Notes: a model not told the origin generated them from the sequence alone. A DNA stretch of 64,000 nucleotides from Candidatus Taylorbacteria bacterium RIFCSPHIGHO2_01_FULL_51_15 (GCA_001820935.1 MHRI01000030.1:2734-66733); one strand, 5' to 3'. Positions 47,078-57,000 are shown, numbered from the stretch's first letter. Numbers and translations are program-made.

Positions 47078-48591
47078 AACTGCTTATCTTGAGCGAGGCC
47101 GGACTTCTTCGCAATAAGGTCGGCAAGGGGCTCGAGTCCTTGCTTTTTCTTCACTTCGTCGGTCTCATGTTCCCAGATATGTATAAAGGGAAGTGAAGCT
47201 GAATCTTCAAGTATGGCGGCAGTAAATGAGATAAGCTCCTTCTCATCGTAGTGGAAACCTTCAAGTTGCTCTTTAACGAGATAGGGAAGGGTTTCCAAGT
47301 CACGACACTTCTTGACCATCGAGAGATTATTGTAAAACTGATTACCGAACACGATAACAGGCTTTTTTAAGAGTAATCCTTCCCATCCGGCCGATCCGGT
47401 AACGGTAAAAATGAGCTTCGCCCCCGCGATCACCGTCAGTCCCTCGATCGCGGGACTAATGAGTTTTACGTTCGGTATTTTTCTAAGTTCTTTGTAATAG
47501 CTTCTCGGACGGTAGGCAACCATTTCCGGATGTTCTTTGACATAGAGGCTGTAACCTACCGGCAGAGATTTTGCCGCCTGCTTGATAAGGTGTATCTGGT
47601 CCTGTGCGAACGGAGCAAGGAGTAGCAGGCTCTGCTCCGGCTCAAAGTGCAGGGCAAAAAAAGCGTATGGCAAACGTGGGTCAAACGTATCGTAGAGATC
47701 TGACACGCCGTAGAGATTTCGGAGCTTCCGCTTCGTGCGATCCTTGAGAAAGTTCCACGGACTAAGAACGGTGTAATCCCCCCGATGCTTCGAGTACTCG
47801 ACTACGAGTTCCACAAAACAAGAAATCGAGTGAAGCGCGCGAGCGGGCAAGAGGAACCTGAATTGCTTCGTCCGGCTCACCTGCTGGCGCTTCGGCGAAG
47901 AATATTCATTGTACGGATGCGGAGAGAGTCTGAAATCTTCAATTATTTTTTTTGCTTCCTCTACGTACTCTTTCCTTGCCTCGCCACTTGCGGGATGCTT
48001 GAAAAGTGCATCGGCTCCCGTGAAGGTGTCAAAGGTTTCGCTGACGGCGAATCTATCCTTGAGGGGAGTGGTGAGAATATGCAGAATCTTTATTCCTCGC
48101 TTTTTCGCTATATGGTACATGAGGAGGCTCGATACGGCTCCGATTGACGAGAACACAATCGCGTCAGGCTTTTCTTTGTCAAGAAAGGCGATCACCGCTT
48201 TTGCAGCGACCTGTAGGATACGAAGCATCTCTTCGTGCGAAAGTACGGGCGTGTTGTAGGGATACTCCCGTGCCGCTTGATTAAACATAATCGTCCGGTC
48301 TACGGTAAGGTACGGCCAGAGATTCGGAATCCCGAATTCTTTCTCAAGTTTTTTGAGGTAGGGCAGGTCGAGTGCTTCGTTGTGGTAGCGCGCGTAAACA
48401 TCCTCGTCCAAAACCATATCACCATAGTTGATCTCTTTTTGTGTAGAGAGAAATGTGTAAATACGCCGGAGTCCCACGTAGGCGCAGAAATTCTTGAGCC
48501 CATACTTTTCTTGAAGCCACAGCGCGAGGAGATGGCCAGTGTAAGCGTAATTTCTCTGAAGGTAAAAGCAGATTTTGGGATTGGAATTCAT
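47074..48591 (-). CDS. Capsule-polysaccharide biosynthesis protein-like (KpsC/KpsS / TagB-related transferase)
   Basis: 'LYVKEHPEMVAYRPRSYY' and 'LKKPVIVFGNQFY' resemble Capsule_synth-family C-terminal motifs. ATGA overlap with the downstream FkbM gene. Confidence 0.45.
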   Translation of the reverse strand: MNSNPKICFYLQRNYAYTGHLLALWLQEKYGLKNFCAYVGLRRIYTFLSTQKEINYGDMVLDEDVYARYHNEALDLPYLKKLEKEFGIPNLWPYLTVDRTIMFNQAAREYPYNTPVLSHEEMLRILQVAAKAVIAFLDKEKPDAIVFSSIGAVSSLLMYHIAKKRGIKILHILTTPLKDRFAVSETFDTFTGADALFKHPASGEARKEYVEEAKKIIEDFRLSPHPYNEYSSPKRQQVSRTKQFRFLLPARALHSISCFVELVVEYSKHRGDYTVLSPWNFLKDRTKRKLRNLYGVSDLYDTFDPRLPYAFFALHFEPEQSLLLLAPFAQDQIHLIKQAAKSLPVGYSLYVKEHPEMVAYRPRSYYKELRKIPNVKLISPAIEGLTVIAGAKLIFTVTGSAGWEGLLLKKPVIVFGNQFYNNLSMVKKCRDLETLPYLVKEQLEGFHYDEKELISFTAAILEDSASLPFIHIWEHETDEVKKKQGLEPLADLIAKKSGLAQDKQL

Positions 48592-48648
48592 GTGAACTAT
48601 AACTACGGGGCGTCAAGGGTAGTTAGTATATACTATAGAGTATGGCCT

Positions 48649-49386
48649 ATGAAAGAAGATGCATATATCTACGATAAAGGAGACAGGGAATACACGGTCG
48701 CAGTGACGAAACGCTACGCCGAAAAGAAATATGAGCTCGACAAAATGCTCGAGAAGCTCATCGCACCTATCATCAAAAGTAAGGAGCTTCGCATTCTCGA
48801 TGCCGGGTGCGGTATTGGTCACCTCATGGCAATTCTCAAGGAACAGAGTCCCGCATCAATGTTCACGGGGGTAGATCAAACCGCATTCATTATTAATGAA
48901 GCTAAGAAGTTGTACGGGAAGGAAACCGGTTTCCATTTTGAGCTCGGAGATATCGAAGATCTCCCCCAAAGGTATAGAGCGGCGTTTGATGTCACCATTT
49001 CACGGGCAGTCCTCTCATGGCTCCCGTATTACGAAGCACATCTCCAAGCGCTTATTGCGGTCACGAAAAAGCACCTCTTCATCGCTTCGCTGTTTTACGA
49101 TGGCGATATCGATTTCATCACACAGGTTCGTGAATTCAAATTGGAAGCAGGCAAAAAAGAGTTCAGCGCCTACCAAAATGTCTACAGTCTTCCGCGATTT
49201 ACTGACTTCCTTAAGAAAAATGGAGCAAAAAAAGTATCGGTGCATCCATTCGAAATAGGTATCGATATCCCGAGGGGGGACGAGAATCTTATGGGGACGT
49301 ATACCGAGAAGACAATTGATGGTCGCCACCTCCAGATAAGCGGCGCAATCCTTATGAGCTGGAAATGGATTCATATTGAACTCTAA
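48649..49386 (+). CDS. Class I SAM-dependent methyltransferase
   Basis: 'ILDAGCGIGHLMAIL' motif I. The ORF-track N-terminal extension (48235) is rejected because it overlaps the divergent minus-strand gene. Confidence 0.6.
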   Translation: MKEDAYIYDKGDREYTVAVTKRYAEKKYELDKMLEKLIAPIIKSKELRILDAGCGIGHLMAILKEQSPASMFTGVDQTAFIINEAKKLYGKETGFHFELGDIEDLPQRYRAAFDVTISRAVLSWLPYYEAHLQALIAVTKKHLFIASLFYDGDIDFITQVREFKLEAGKKEFSAYQNVYSLPRFTDFLKKNGAKKVSVHPFEIGIDIPRGDENLMGTYTEKTIDGRHLQISGAILMSWKWIHIEL

Positions 49387-49399
49387 ATTATTCTAATTT

Positions 49400-49424
49400 C
49401 TAATCGCCCTAATTATTCTAAGGA
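49400..49424. repeat. Partial copy (left TIR only) of the AT-rich TIR element family
   Basis: 'CTAATCGCCCTAATTATTCTAAGGA', compared with 'CTAATTGCCCTAATTATTCTAAGGA' at 50290-50314. Confidence 0.6.
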
Positions 49425-49502
49425 AGCCCAAAGACTTCAAGTTCAGCATTATTTATTGGGATTTGAGATTTTGAGTATTGTTTGGTTATTGTTTCTTGGT
49501 GA

Positions 49503-50288
49503 TTGGTTATTCATTTTATGAAGAACATCCGCATTATCCCAACCCTCCATATCAAAGGATCGAACGTGGTAAAGCCGGTACACACCGAAGCCCTTCGTGT
49601 TGTGGGCCATCCAAAGGAGCTTGCCCTCCGTTACTACCGCGAGGGAGCTGATGAACTTATCTATCTCGATATTGTCGCGAGCCTGTACCAGCGCAATTTT
49701 GATTTTGAGTTACTCAAATCCGTTTCCGAAGAAATCTTCATCCCGATTACGGTTGGAGGAGGCATCCGCTCGCTCTCCGATATCAAAAATGCTCTGCGTG
49801 TCGGAGCCGACAAAGTCGCCATCAATACGTATGCCGTGCATCACCCCGAGTTCTTGAAAGCCGCCGCAGAAGAGTTCGGCTCGCAGTGTATCGTGCTCTA
49901 CATTGAGGCCAAGGAAAAAGGGGACGGGAGGTGGGAGGTCTATACAGATGGCGGGCGGGAGAGCACCGGTGTTGATGCCGTGGAATGGGCGAAAAGGACA
50001 ATAGACCTTGGTGTAGGCGAAATCCTCCTCACTTCCATTGATCGCGATGGAACACGGAAGGGATATGACCTCGAGCTTACCTCTGCCATCGCTTCAACGT
50101 CTCCCATTCCCGTCATAGCCCATGGAGGCGCGGGGAATGCCGCTCACCTGGAAGAGATTATCAAGAAGGGAAAGGCGGACGCCGTGGGAGTGTCATCCAT
50201 TTTTCACTACGCGGAGACGGATATTGGAGCCGTGAAGAAAAATTTGAGTGGACGGGAAATCAATGTGAGAGCAAATTATTCTAATTAG
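49503..50288 (+). CDS. hisF: Imidazole-glycerol-phosphate synthase cyclase subunit HisF homolog (glycan-locus paralog, WbuZ-like)
   Basis: '[15 protein letters not shown]' and 'DELIYLDI' segments. '[10 protein letters not shown]' and '[11 protein letters not shown]' are HisF signatures. Confidence 0.8.
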   Translation: MVIHFMKNIRIIPTLHIKGSNVVKPVHTEALRVVGHPKELALRYYREGADELIYLDIVASLYQRNFDFELLKSVSEEIFIPITVGGGIRSLSDIKNALRVGADKVAINTYAVHHPEFLKAAAEEFGSQCIVLYIEAKEKGDGRWEVYTDGGRESTGVDAVEWAKRTIDLGVGEILLTSIDRDGTRKGYDLELTSAIASTSPIPVIAHGGAGNAAHLEEIIKKGKADAVGVSSIFHYAETDIGAVKKNLSGREINVRANYSN

Positions 50289-50400
50289 TCTAATTGCCCT
50301 AATTATTCTAAGGAATATCAAAAAACCAATTTCCAAGTTAAACATTCGCAGTTAGGATTTCATTAGGTCAATTAGAATAATTAGGGTACTTAGGTCAATT
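50289..50400. mobile_element. MITE-like 112-bp element with terminal inverted repeats (no cargo)
   Basis: Left 'TCTAATTGCCCTAATTATTCTAAGGA'. Right 'GTCAATTAGAATAATTAGGGTAC', which is the reverse complement of CCCTAATTATTCTAATTGAC. Fills the hisF-hisH spacer. Confidence 0.6.
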
Positions 50401-50410
50401 TTTCATTCTT

Positions 50411-51058
50411 ATGAAATCTATCGTTATCATCGATTATGGAGTTGGTAACCTGCAAAGCTTGCGGAAGGCTTTCGCCCACTTCGGCGTTGAAGCGGTTGTG
50501 TCCGAAGACGCAAAGGAAATTGAGGTGGCAGATGCAGTGGTACTCCCCGGAGTGGGCTCATTCGAAGCGGGCATGCGAGGGCTGCGCCTTCGTGGACTCG
50601 TGGAGACCGTGCAGAAGCGCGCAAAAGAAAACCAACCTATGCTGGGCATCTGCCTTGGGGCACAGCTCCTGCTTTCCAAGGGTTATGAGTTCGGCGAGCA
50701 CGATGGGCTTAACATCATCCCGGGTGAAGTGGTTCGATTCGATGAGCGAGAGATGAAGGAGAAAATACCGCAGGTCGGATGGAACAGGGTGTATCCGAGC
50801 GGAGATGTTTCTTGGAAAGGAAGTATCCTCGAATCGAATGGGCCTAAGTCTGTTATGTATTTTACCCATTCATACATCTTTGCGCCGAAGCAAAAAGAGC
50901 ATATGTTTGGCGTAACTGTGTATGGCGGCAAGGAATTTTGCTCGGTCATTCGGAAAGGTAACATCTATGGCTGTCAATTCCATCCGGAAAAAAGCGGAGA
51001 AGCCGGACTTCGGCTTATCAGGAACTTCATTTCACTCGCATCAGCACCTCGTGCATAG
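50411..51058 (+). CDS. hisH: Glutamine amidotransferase subunit HisH homolog (WbuY-like)
   Basis: 'IVIIDYGVGNLQSL' and 'VVLPGVGSF' segments. 'MLGICLGAQLL' Cys nucleophile. 'GCQFHPEKS' His motif. Confidence 0.8.
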   Translation: MKSIVIIDYGVGNLQSLRKAFAHFGVEAVVSEDAKEIEVADAVVLPGVGSFEAGMRGLRLRGLVETVQKRAKENQPMLGICLGAQLLLSKGYEFGEHDGLNIIPGEVVRFDEREMKEKIPQVGWNRVYPSGDVSWKGSILESNGPKSVMYFTHSYIFAPKQKEHMFGVTVYGGKEFCSVIRKGNIYGCQFHPEKSGEAGLRLIRNFISLASAPRA

Positions 51059-51061
51059 CTT

Positions 51062-51137
51062 TTCTTTTCTACTATACTACGTAGCATAGTAGAAAAGAAA
51101 AACCCGCTTCGATCCGCGTGAGCGAATCGAAGCGGGT
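51062..51137. terminator. Twin-hairpin bidirectional terminator region between the convergent hisH and transporter genes
   Basis: Hairpin 1: 14-bp AT-rich stem 'TTCTTTTCTACTAT/ATAGTAGAAAAGAA'. Hairpin 2: 12-bp stem 'ACCCGCTTCGAT/ATCGAAGCGGGT', with a T-run on the minus strand. Confidence 0.55.
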
Positions 51138-51144
51138 AGAGATC

Positions 51145-52113
51145 CTACTCCTGGCTGAAATTCAGGGCGATAAGCAAACTGCCCGTAAGTGCAGCGGCGA
51201 ACAGTATCCATTCTGTTGTGTCATAGTGCTTATTCTCCTTGAAGATGAACAGCCCCATAACGATAGGGCAGATGACCGATGCCACAAGTATTATCGGAGA
51301 CATGACAGCAAGCGGTGCAAGATGCAGGGTCCAAAAGGTGACAAGTACGCTCAAGATGGTCGTGATCGCAAGCAAGGCAACGAACACCGTATTCATGCTT
51401 AACGTCTTCTCCGCCGTTCCGTCCTCTCTTGTTCTCATTCGTAAGACAAGCGTTATGAGGAGTGAGGAGAAGAATGTTCCTGCATACCATGCGCCGATAA
51501 AGACCTCTGTCGGAAGACTTCGGAGCGCAAAGACCCGAACCAGAAAGTTGCTGATACCGAAGCAGACGGCAAAAGTCCCTGCGTATAGAAAAAAAGAAGG
51601 GGGAAGTCTTTCCTTCGGTTCTCCTTTCCGCTTTTTCTTTCCATACCGCTGATACAGTGCGAAGACTCCGATAGCTCCGACTGAAAGCAGTATTCCCGAA
51701 AGCATCAATCCGGAAAGCCGAGCGTGTTCGCGAAGCCATATCTGTTCGAAGATGAGCGGAAGAATGGAGTTGATGATAAGAAAAAGGCTCGTGGCACTCA
51801 AATTCATTCGTGTCGCTTGCCAGAATGCATAGTTGCCCAAGGCGACGATTGTCCCTATCAGGAAGGGTGCGACGAGGGCGGAGGATATCGGCATTTTTCC
51901 AAGAGCGAAGAGCGGCAGTGTGGTCAGTCCAAAGCAAACGACGTAGAAGAGCATGAACCGCTGTTTGGTGTTTCGGGTAGCCACTTTTCCTTTAAGAAGG
52001 AGTGGCACCGCAATGTTTGAGAGGGCTATCTGTAAGATAAGAGGAAGGTACCATTTCATATCATTTGGTGTAACACCTATCATTTCATCCTGTGCCAGCC
52101 TATCCTTTTCCAA
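51145..52113 (-). CDS. DMT/EamA-like polytopic membrane transporter
   Basis: About 10 TM helices in two similar halves. No soluble domain. Confidence 0.45.
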   Translation of the reverse strand: MEKDRLAQDEMIGVTPNDMKWYLPLILQIALSNIAVPLLLKGKVATRNTKQRFMLFYVVCFGLTTLPLFALGKMPISSALVAPFLIGTIVALGNYAFWQATRMNLSATSLFLIINSILPLIFEQIWLREHARLSGLMLSGILLSVGAIGVFALYQRYGKKKRKGEPKERLPPSFFLYAGTFAVCFGISNFLVRVFALRSLPTEVFIGAWYAGTFFSSLLITLVLRMRTREDGTAEKTLSMNTVFVALLAITTILSVLVTFWTLHLAPLAVMSPIILVASVICPIVMGLFIFKENKHYDTTEWILFAAALTGSLLIALNFSQE

Positions 52114-52240
52114 GACTTTTTCAAGTGCCCTATAGTTGTATATACTGTAGCCAAATCTTTTAATGTATAGACATTCTTTTGGATTTTTAGAAGTTAGGTA
52201 AATTCGAAATTAGAAATTCAATTTTGTCTTCAAAATTTTT

Positions 52241-53473
52241 ATGCCTCCCTACGGACTTCCCGAAAAAATAAGGTTCTGCGAACGCTGTCTTGCTTCGAAC
52301 GCACAGCCGATTTCGTGCAACGAGTACAAGCATACGCCAGAGATGAAGCACGAGTACATCAAGTTTGACGACGAGGGTATTTGCGCCGCGTGCCGTTTTT
52401 TCGAAGCTCGCAAGAACGGGGTTATTGATTGGGAAGCTCGCGAGAAAGAACTCCTCGCACTTCTCGACCAGTATCGTTCAAGTGATGGATCCTACGACTG
52501 CCTCGTGCCGGGAAGCGGCGGTAAGGATAGTGCATACGCGTCTCACGTCTTGAAATACAAATACCGTATGCACCCTCTTACCGTTACATGGACGCCGCAC
52601 CTCTACACCGACATCGGTCGGAAGAATTTTGATAATTGGATTAACATGGGGGGATTCGATAATTACCTGTTCTCTCCCAACGGCAAAGTACATCGACTGC
52701 TCACACGAAATGCTTTCCTCAATCTCCTCCATCCATTTCAACCGTTCATTCTCGGACAAAAAACCTTTGCCCCAAAAATGGCCGCGCGGTTTGGTATCAA
52801 ACTTATTTTCTACGGAGAGAATCAGGGGGAGTATGGCGACAAAACTTCCGTAAATCAGAGAAAGTTTATTATGGGGGGTTCGAAGGACGAGAAAGATAAA
52901 GGATTCCGGCTCGACTACGCGAAGCCGAGCGATCCACCCGAAGAGGTATTTTTGGGAGGAAAGTCGCTTGCGGAGTATTTCAAAGAGGGACTTTCCTACG
53001 CCGACCTCGCTCCGTTCCTGCCCGCAGACCCTGCCATCATCGCAAAGAACGAGATAGAGTTCCACTACCTTGGCTACTACCTGAAGTGGGTGCCGCAAGA
53101 CTGCTACTATTACGCGGTCAAATATACCGGCTTTGAAGCGAATCCGGTGCGCACTGAAGGGACCTACTCGAAGTACAACTCTATCGACGACAAGACAGAC
53201 GGCTTCTTCTACTACACCACCTTCATCAAGTTTGGGTTCGGACGCGCTCGCTACGATGCTTCACAGGAGATTCGGAACGGACATATCACCAAAGAAGAAG
53301 GTGCCGCGCTCATCAAACGATTCGACGGCGAATTCCCCAAACGCTATTTCCCCGAGTTCCTCGACTACATCGGTCTTACCGAAAAAGAATTCGAGGGTAC
53401 CATCGATTCTTTCCGTACCCCGCATTTGTGGAAGAAGGAGGGCGGAGAGTGGAAACTGAAGCAGAGAGAATAA
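52241..53473 (+). CDS. N-acetyl-sugar amidotransferase (PP-loop ATPase; WbuX/LfnA/PtmG-type)
   Basis: 'CERCLASNAQPIS' and 'CAACRFFE' zinc ribbon. 'CLVPGSGGKDSAYASHV' PP-loop (SGGKDS). Confidence 0.8.
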   Translation: MPPYGLPEKIRFCERCLASNAQPISCNEYKHTPEMKHEYIKFDDEGICAACRFFEARKNGVIDWEAREKELLALLDQYRSSDGSYDCLVPGSGGKDSAYASHVLKYKYRMHPLTVTWTPHLYTDIGRKNFDNWINMGGFDNYLFSPNGKVHRLLTRNAFLNLLHPFQPFILGQKTFAPKMAARFGIKLIFYGENQGEYGDKTSVNQRKFIMGGSKDEKDKGFRLDYAKPSDPPEEVFLGGKSLAEYFKEGLSYADLAPFLPADPAIIAKNEIEFHYLGYYLKWVPQDCYYYAVKYTGFEANPVRTEGTYSKYNSIDDKTDGFFYYTTFIKFGFGRARYDASQEIRNGHITKEEGAALIKRFDGEFPKRYFPEFLDYIGLTEKEFEGTIDSFRTPHLWKKEGGEWKLKQRE

Positions 53474-53957
53474 ATTAGTCTAATTAACCTAATTATTCTA
53501 ATTGACCTAAGGAAATCGCAATGACAGAGAAAAACCCAAAATATGATCTGGAAGAGCGTACTGCAAAATTCGGGGAAGCAGTCGTGTTGTTTGCGAAGAA
53601 AATACCCGTCACGCCGGTAACTCAACGTATCATTCCGCAATTGGTCGCTTCCGGTACTTCGATCGGCAGTAATTATTGTGAGGCTGATGACGCCGAATCC
53701 GGAAGAGATTTTGTCCATAAACTCGGCATCTGTAAAAAGGAAGCGCGGGAAACCAAACACTGGCTTCGAATAATATCTGTCGCTGTTCCGGAGTTACGGG
53801 ATGATGCACGAGTCTTATGGAAAGAAGCAAATGAGCTCAACCTGATTTTCAATGCTATCGTAAGGAAGGTTCGAAATAAGGGGAAAGTTGTTGTGGACAT
53901 TGGTATTTAGGATTTCTTTAGAATAATTAGGTTAATTAGAGCAATTAGAATAATTCC
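53474..53957. mobile_element. IVS-like insertion element: perfect 22-bp terminal inverted repeats flanking a four-helix-bundle protein gene
   Basis: Left TIR 'CTAATTAACCTAATTATTCTAA' (53479-53500). Right TIR is the exact reverse complement (53918-53939). Same TIR family as the elements at 49400, 50289 and 55263. Confidence 0.65.
53521..53910 (+). CDS. Four-helix-bundle protein (TIGR02436 / 23S rRNA intervening-sequence protein family)
   Basis: 129 aa. 'ERTAKFGEAVVLFAKKIPVTP...QLVASGTSIGSNYCEA...ETKHWL' is a typical signature. Confidence 0.75.
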   Translation: MTEKNPKYDLEERTAKFGEAVVLFAKKIPVTPVTQRIIPQLVASGTSIGSNYCEADDAESGRDFVHKLGICKKEARETKHWLRIISVAVPELRDDARVLWKEANELNLIFNAIVRKVRNKGKVVVDIGI

Positions 53958-53960
53958 CCC

Positions 53961-55262
53961 ATGCTAAAAACAGGAAGCAAAAAGTACAGAAAGTCCTTAG
54001 CGCACTACGAAGTTGCAAAGCAGCTTCTTCCCAATCAGACCCAGACCTTGAGTAAAGGGCCGGGGCAGTTCGTCCCGGGAGAGATGCCGCTTTTCAACAA
54101 ACGAGCAAAAGGCTGCTACGTATGGGACGTCGACGGCAACAAGTATCTTGATTTTATCGGGGCGCGTTGGCCCATTATCCTCGGGTACGCCTATCCGTCC
54201 GTGGATAGAGCGATCAAGCGCCAACTGAAGGACGGCATCACCTTTCCACAGCCCCATCCCCTCGAGGTGGAGGTGGCGGAACTACTTACCGAAGTCATTC
54301 CTTCCGCCGAGATGGTGCGATTTGCCAAAAACGGTTCGGATGCGACGAGCGGTGCCGTCCGTATCGCGAGGGCCTTTACAGGACGTGAGATCATACTCCA
54401 ATGCGGCTATCATGGCGCGCAAGATTGGTTCCTTATTACCACAGCGCGAAATGCCGGTGTACCGAGGTGTCTAAAAGAAATCATACACTCATTCAATTAC
54501 AACGACCTTCCCTCGCTTGAAGCGCTTTTTAAGCGCTTCAAGGGCAAGGTCGCGGCGGTCATTATGGAGCCAATGTACGCGAAGGAGCCGAAGGACAATT
54601 TTCTTCAAAAAGCAAAAGATCTCGCGCATAAAGAAGGGGCGCTCCTTATCTTCGATGAGATCATTACCGGATTTCGATGGAGTATCGGCGGCGCGCAGAA
54701 ATATTTTGGCGTAACTCCCGACCTGTCTTGTTTTGGCAAGGCGATGTCGAATGGTATGCCGCTTTCGGCTATTGTGGGACGAAGGGATGTTATGCAAGGC
54801 ACCGAACATATTTTCCTTTCTATGACCTATGGTGGCGAGTGTCTCTCGCTTGCGGCGGCGAAAGCAACCATTACAGAGCTTAGGAAACCCGCAGTGCTCG
54901 CCCATATCTGGAAGATGGGTGGACTGGTTAAAAAGGGAGTGCAAGCCCTCATCAACAAACACGGTCTTATCGATGTTGTCGAATGTATCGGTGTGCCCCC
55001 GACTCCGGTCATGACATTTAAAAACGCGCGGGGGGAAAGTGAAAGCGCGCTCAAAACTCTGTTCCAGAAGTATCTCTTTGACCAGCACATTATGTACGCG
55101 GGCTATTTCAACATGACTTACAGTCATACACGGAAGGACGTAGAAACCGCGCTTACGGCAGTTGACCGCGCATTCGGCTCCCTGTCAAAAGACCTCGAAG
55201 CGAAGTCGGTGGGGAAGAAAATGTCGCACCCCCCCGAACCGGTTTTTAAGCATGCAAACTAG
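53961..55262 (+). CDS. Class III PLP-dependent aminotransferase (glutamate-1-semialdehyde aminomutase-like)
   Basis: 'YVWDVDGNKYLDFIGARWPIILGYAYP' and 'LIFDEIITGFR' segments. 'FGKAMSNGMP' carries the PLP-lysine. Confidence 0.8.
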   Translation: MLKTGSKKYRKSLAHYEVAKQLLPNQTQTLSKGPGQFVPGEMPLFNKRAKGCYVWDVDGNKYLDFIGARWPIILGYAYPSVDRAIKRQLKDGITFPQPHPLEVEVAELLTEVIPSAEMVRFAKNGSDATSGAVRIARAFTGREIILQCGYHGAQDWFLITTARNAGVPRCLKEIIHSFNYNDLPSLEALFKRFKGKVAAVIMEPMYAKEPKDNFLQKAKDLAHKEGALLIFDEIITGFRWSIGGAQKYFGVTPDLSCFGKAMSNGMPLSAIVGRRDVMQGTEHIFLSMTYGGECLSLAAAKATITELRKPAVLAHIWKMGGLVKKGVQALINKHGLIDVVECIGVPPTPVMTFKNARGESESALKTLFQKYLFDQHIMYAGYFNMTYSHTRKDVETALTAVDRAFGSLSKDLEAKSVGKKMSHPPEPVFKHAN

Positions 55263-55391
55263 AAAATTATCCTAATTGACTTAATTGCTCTAATTATTCT
55301 AAATAAATCTCAATGTCTAATTCTCAACGAAGATTTTGATATTTCAGGCTTTCCTCAGGTCAATTAGAATACTTAGGTGAATTAGAAATTC
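55263..55391. repeat. Degenerate copy of the AT-rich TIR element (129 bp). Its right end supplies the RBS for neuA.
   Basis: Left 'CTAATTGCTCTAATTATTCTAA'. Right 'CAATTAGAATACTTAGG', which is the reverse complement of CCTAAGTATTCTAATTG (2 mismatches). Confidence 0.5.
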
Positions 55392-56117
55392 ATGTCTCTC
55401 ACATTTCTCGGTATCATTCCCGCCCGCGGGGGAAGCAAAGGCATCCGGAACAAAAATATCCGCGCCTTTGCCGGCAAGCCGCTTATCGCATACGCCATAG
55501 ACGCGGCAAAAAAATCACGATATCTTTCGCGAACCGTCGTCTCGACAGAGTCGGAAGAGATAGCGCGCGTGGCGAAGGAGTATGGCGCGGAGGTCCCGTT
55601 TCTTCGCCCAAAAGAACTTGCCGAGGATACAAGCAAAGTGTTTGACGCGATAGCCCATCTACTCGAGAAATTGAAGACGGACGAAGGATATGCACCCGAT
55701 TATATCGTGCTCCTTCAGCCAACCTCTCCGCTCCGAACGGCAAAGGACATTGATGCGACCATAGCTCTGCTTTTGAAGCACAGCGCCGATTCGGCCATCA
55801 CCGTTTCGGTGGTAGAGCCACGAGTCTTTGTCAAGGCCGCGGACGGTGTACTCACGCTCGCGAGCGATGAGAAATTCCTGCGCTCGACCAACCGACAGGC
55901 GCTCGAGCATACCGTGAGCGAGAACGGCTCAATGGTCTACGTAAACCGCGTCAGCACGCTACTTTCCACGGGAAACTTTTTGGGCGGCAAACTGGTTGGA
56001 ATAGAGACTCCGAAATGGCGCTCGATTGACCTAGATTCTCCTGAGGATTTCGTACTCGGGGAACTTATCGCCAAGCATCGGGCGGAGATGGAAGAGAGCA
56101 TCACCAATTTTAAATAA
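55392..56117 (+). CDS. neuA: Acylneuraminate (nonulosonic acid) cytidylyltransferase
   Basis: 'IIPARGGSKGIRNKNIRAFAGKPLIAYAI' and 'LQPTSPLR' are CMP-NeuAc synthetase family signatures. Confidence 0.8.
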   Translation: MSLTFLGIIPARGGSKGIRNKNIRAFAGKPLIAYAIDAAKKSRYLSRTVVSTESEEIARVAKEYGAEVPFLRPKELAEDTSKVFDAIAHLLEKLKTDEGYAPDYIVLLQPTSPLRTAKDIDATIALLLKHSADSAITVSVVEPRVFVKAADGVLTLASDEKFLRSTNRQALEHTVSENGSMVYVNRVSTLLSTGNFLGGKLVGIETPKWRSIDLDSPEDFVLGELIAKHRAEMEESITNFK

Positions 56118-56118
56118 T

Positions 56119-56952
56119 ATGCACAACCTTAAGGAATTATTTTCCCTCAAAGGCCGGATCGCCGTCGTGACGGGAGGTCAGGGCGATTTGGGTAGCGAGT
56201 ACGTAAAGACTTTGGCATCGGCCGGAGCAAAAGTAGTCGTGCTGGACATCAAGAAAGAGATACACCCCAAAATCCGGGAACTATGCGATGCGGGTGCAGA
56301 GATTGTAACTTTCACGGTTGACCTCACGGAAAAAGGGGAAGTGCGAAAAGCATTCGGAGAAATCAGAAGCACATTAAGAGATACTCCAAGCATCCTTATC
56401 AACAACGCAGGTCGCGCCACGCATCCAAATGCGCCGAAAGAAGAGAGCGGGCCGTTTGAAGACTATCCGGAGGAAGTATGGGAAGGCATGCTCGATTCGC
56501 ACCTTAAGGCCGCCTTGCTTGCGTCGCAAGAATTTATACGTTCCTACAAAAGTGCGAAGAAGACACAGGGCAGTATCATCAATGTGTCCTCAACATACGG
56601 ATTGGTATCGCCGGAGCAGGGTATGTACGAATTTAGGAGAAAAAGCAAAGGAGCCTACTACAAACCTATTGGGTACAGCGTCGCCAAATCCGGTATGCTC
56701 GGCTTCACCAAATGGCTCGCGGAGTACTGTGCGTTTGAGAAGACGGGTATTCGCGTGAATACGCTCGTGCCGGGCGGAGTTGAAGCAGGTCAGGATCCTA
56801 CATTTATACGTGAATACGAGAAGCGCACCATGCTCGGGCGCATGGCGAACAATAGCGATTACAACGGCGCGATACTCTTTCTCGCTTCCAACGCCTCGGC
56901 CTACATGACCGGCGCGGAACTTGTCGTTGATGGGGGATGGACAGCGAGATGA
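56119..56952 (+). CDS. SDR-family oxidoreductase
   Basis: 'GRIAVVTGGQGDLGSE' Rossmann motif. 'YSVAKSGMLGFTKWLA' YxxxK motif. Confidence 0.8.
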   Translation: MHNLKELFSLKGRIAVVTGGQGDLGSEYVKTLASAGAKVVVLDIKKEIHPKIRELCDAGAEIVTFTVDLTEKGEVRKAFGEIRSTLRDTPSILINNAGRATHPNAPKEESGPFEDYPEEVWEGMLDSHLKAALLASQEFIRSYKSAKKTQGSIINVSSTYGLVSPEQGMYEFRRKSKGAYYKPIGYSVAKSGMLGFTKWLAEYCAFEKTGIRVNTLVPGGVEAGQDPTFIREYEKRTMLGRMANNSDYNGAILFLASNASAYMTGAELVVDGGWTAR

Positions 56953-56975
56953 GCGGAATGACACATAACTGAAGA

Positions 56976-57000
56976 CCGGAGCGCTCCGGATTTTTTAGGT
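56976..57000 (+). terminator. Weak rho-independent terminator candidate
   Basis: Palindrome 'CCGGAGCGCTCCGG' followed by 'ATTTTTT'. Confidence 0.45.

Noticed and set aside
49503-51058. hisF/hisH as histidine biosynthesis genes
   Set aside because: No other his genes are in the window. They are embedded in a glycan locus next to a WbuX/LfnA-type amidotransferase, a known paralog context for acetamidino-sugar synthesis.
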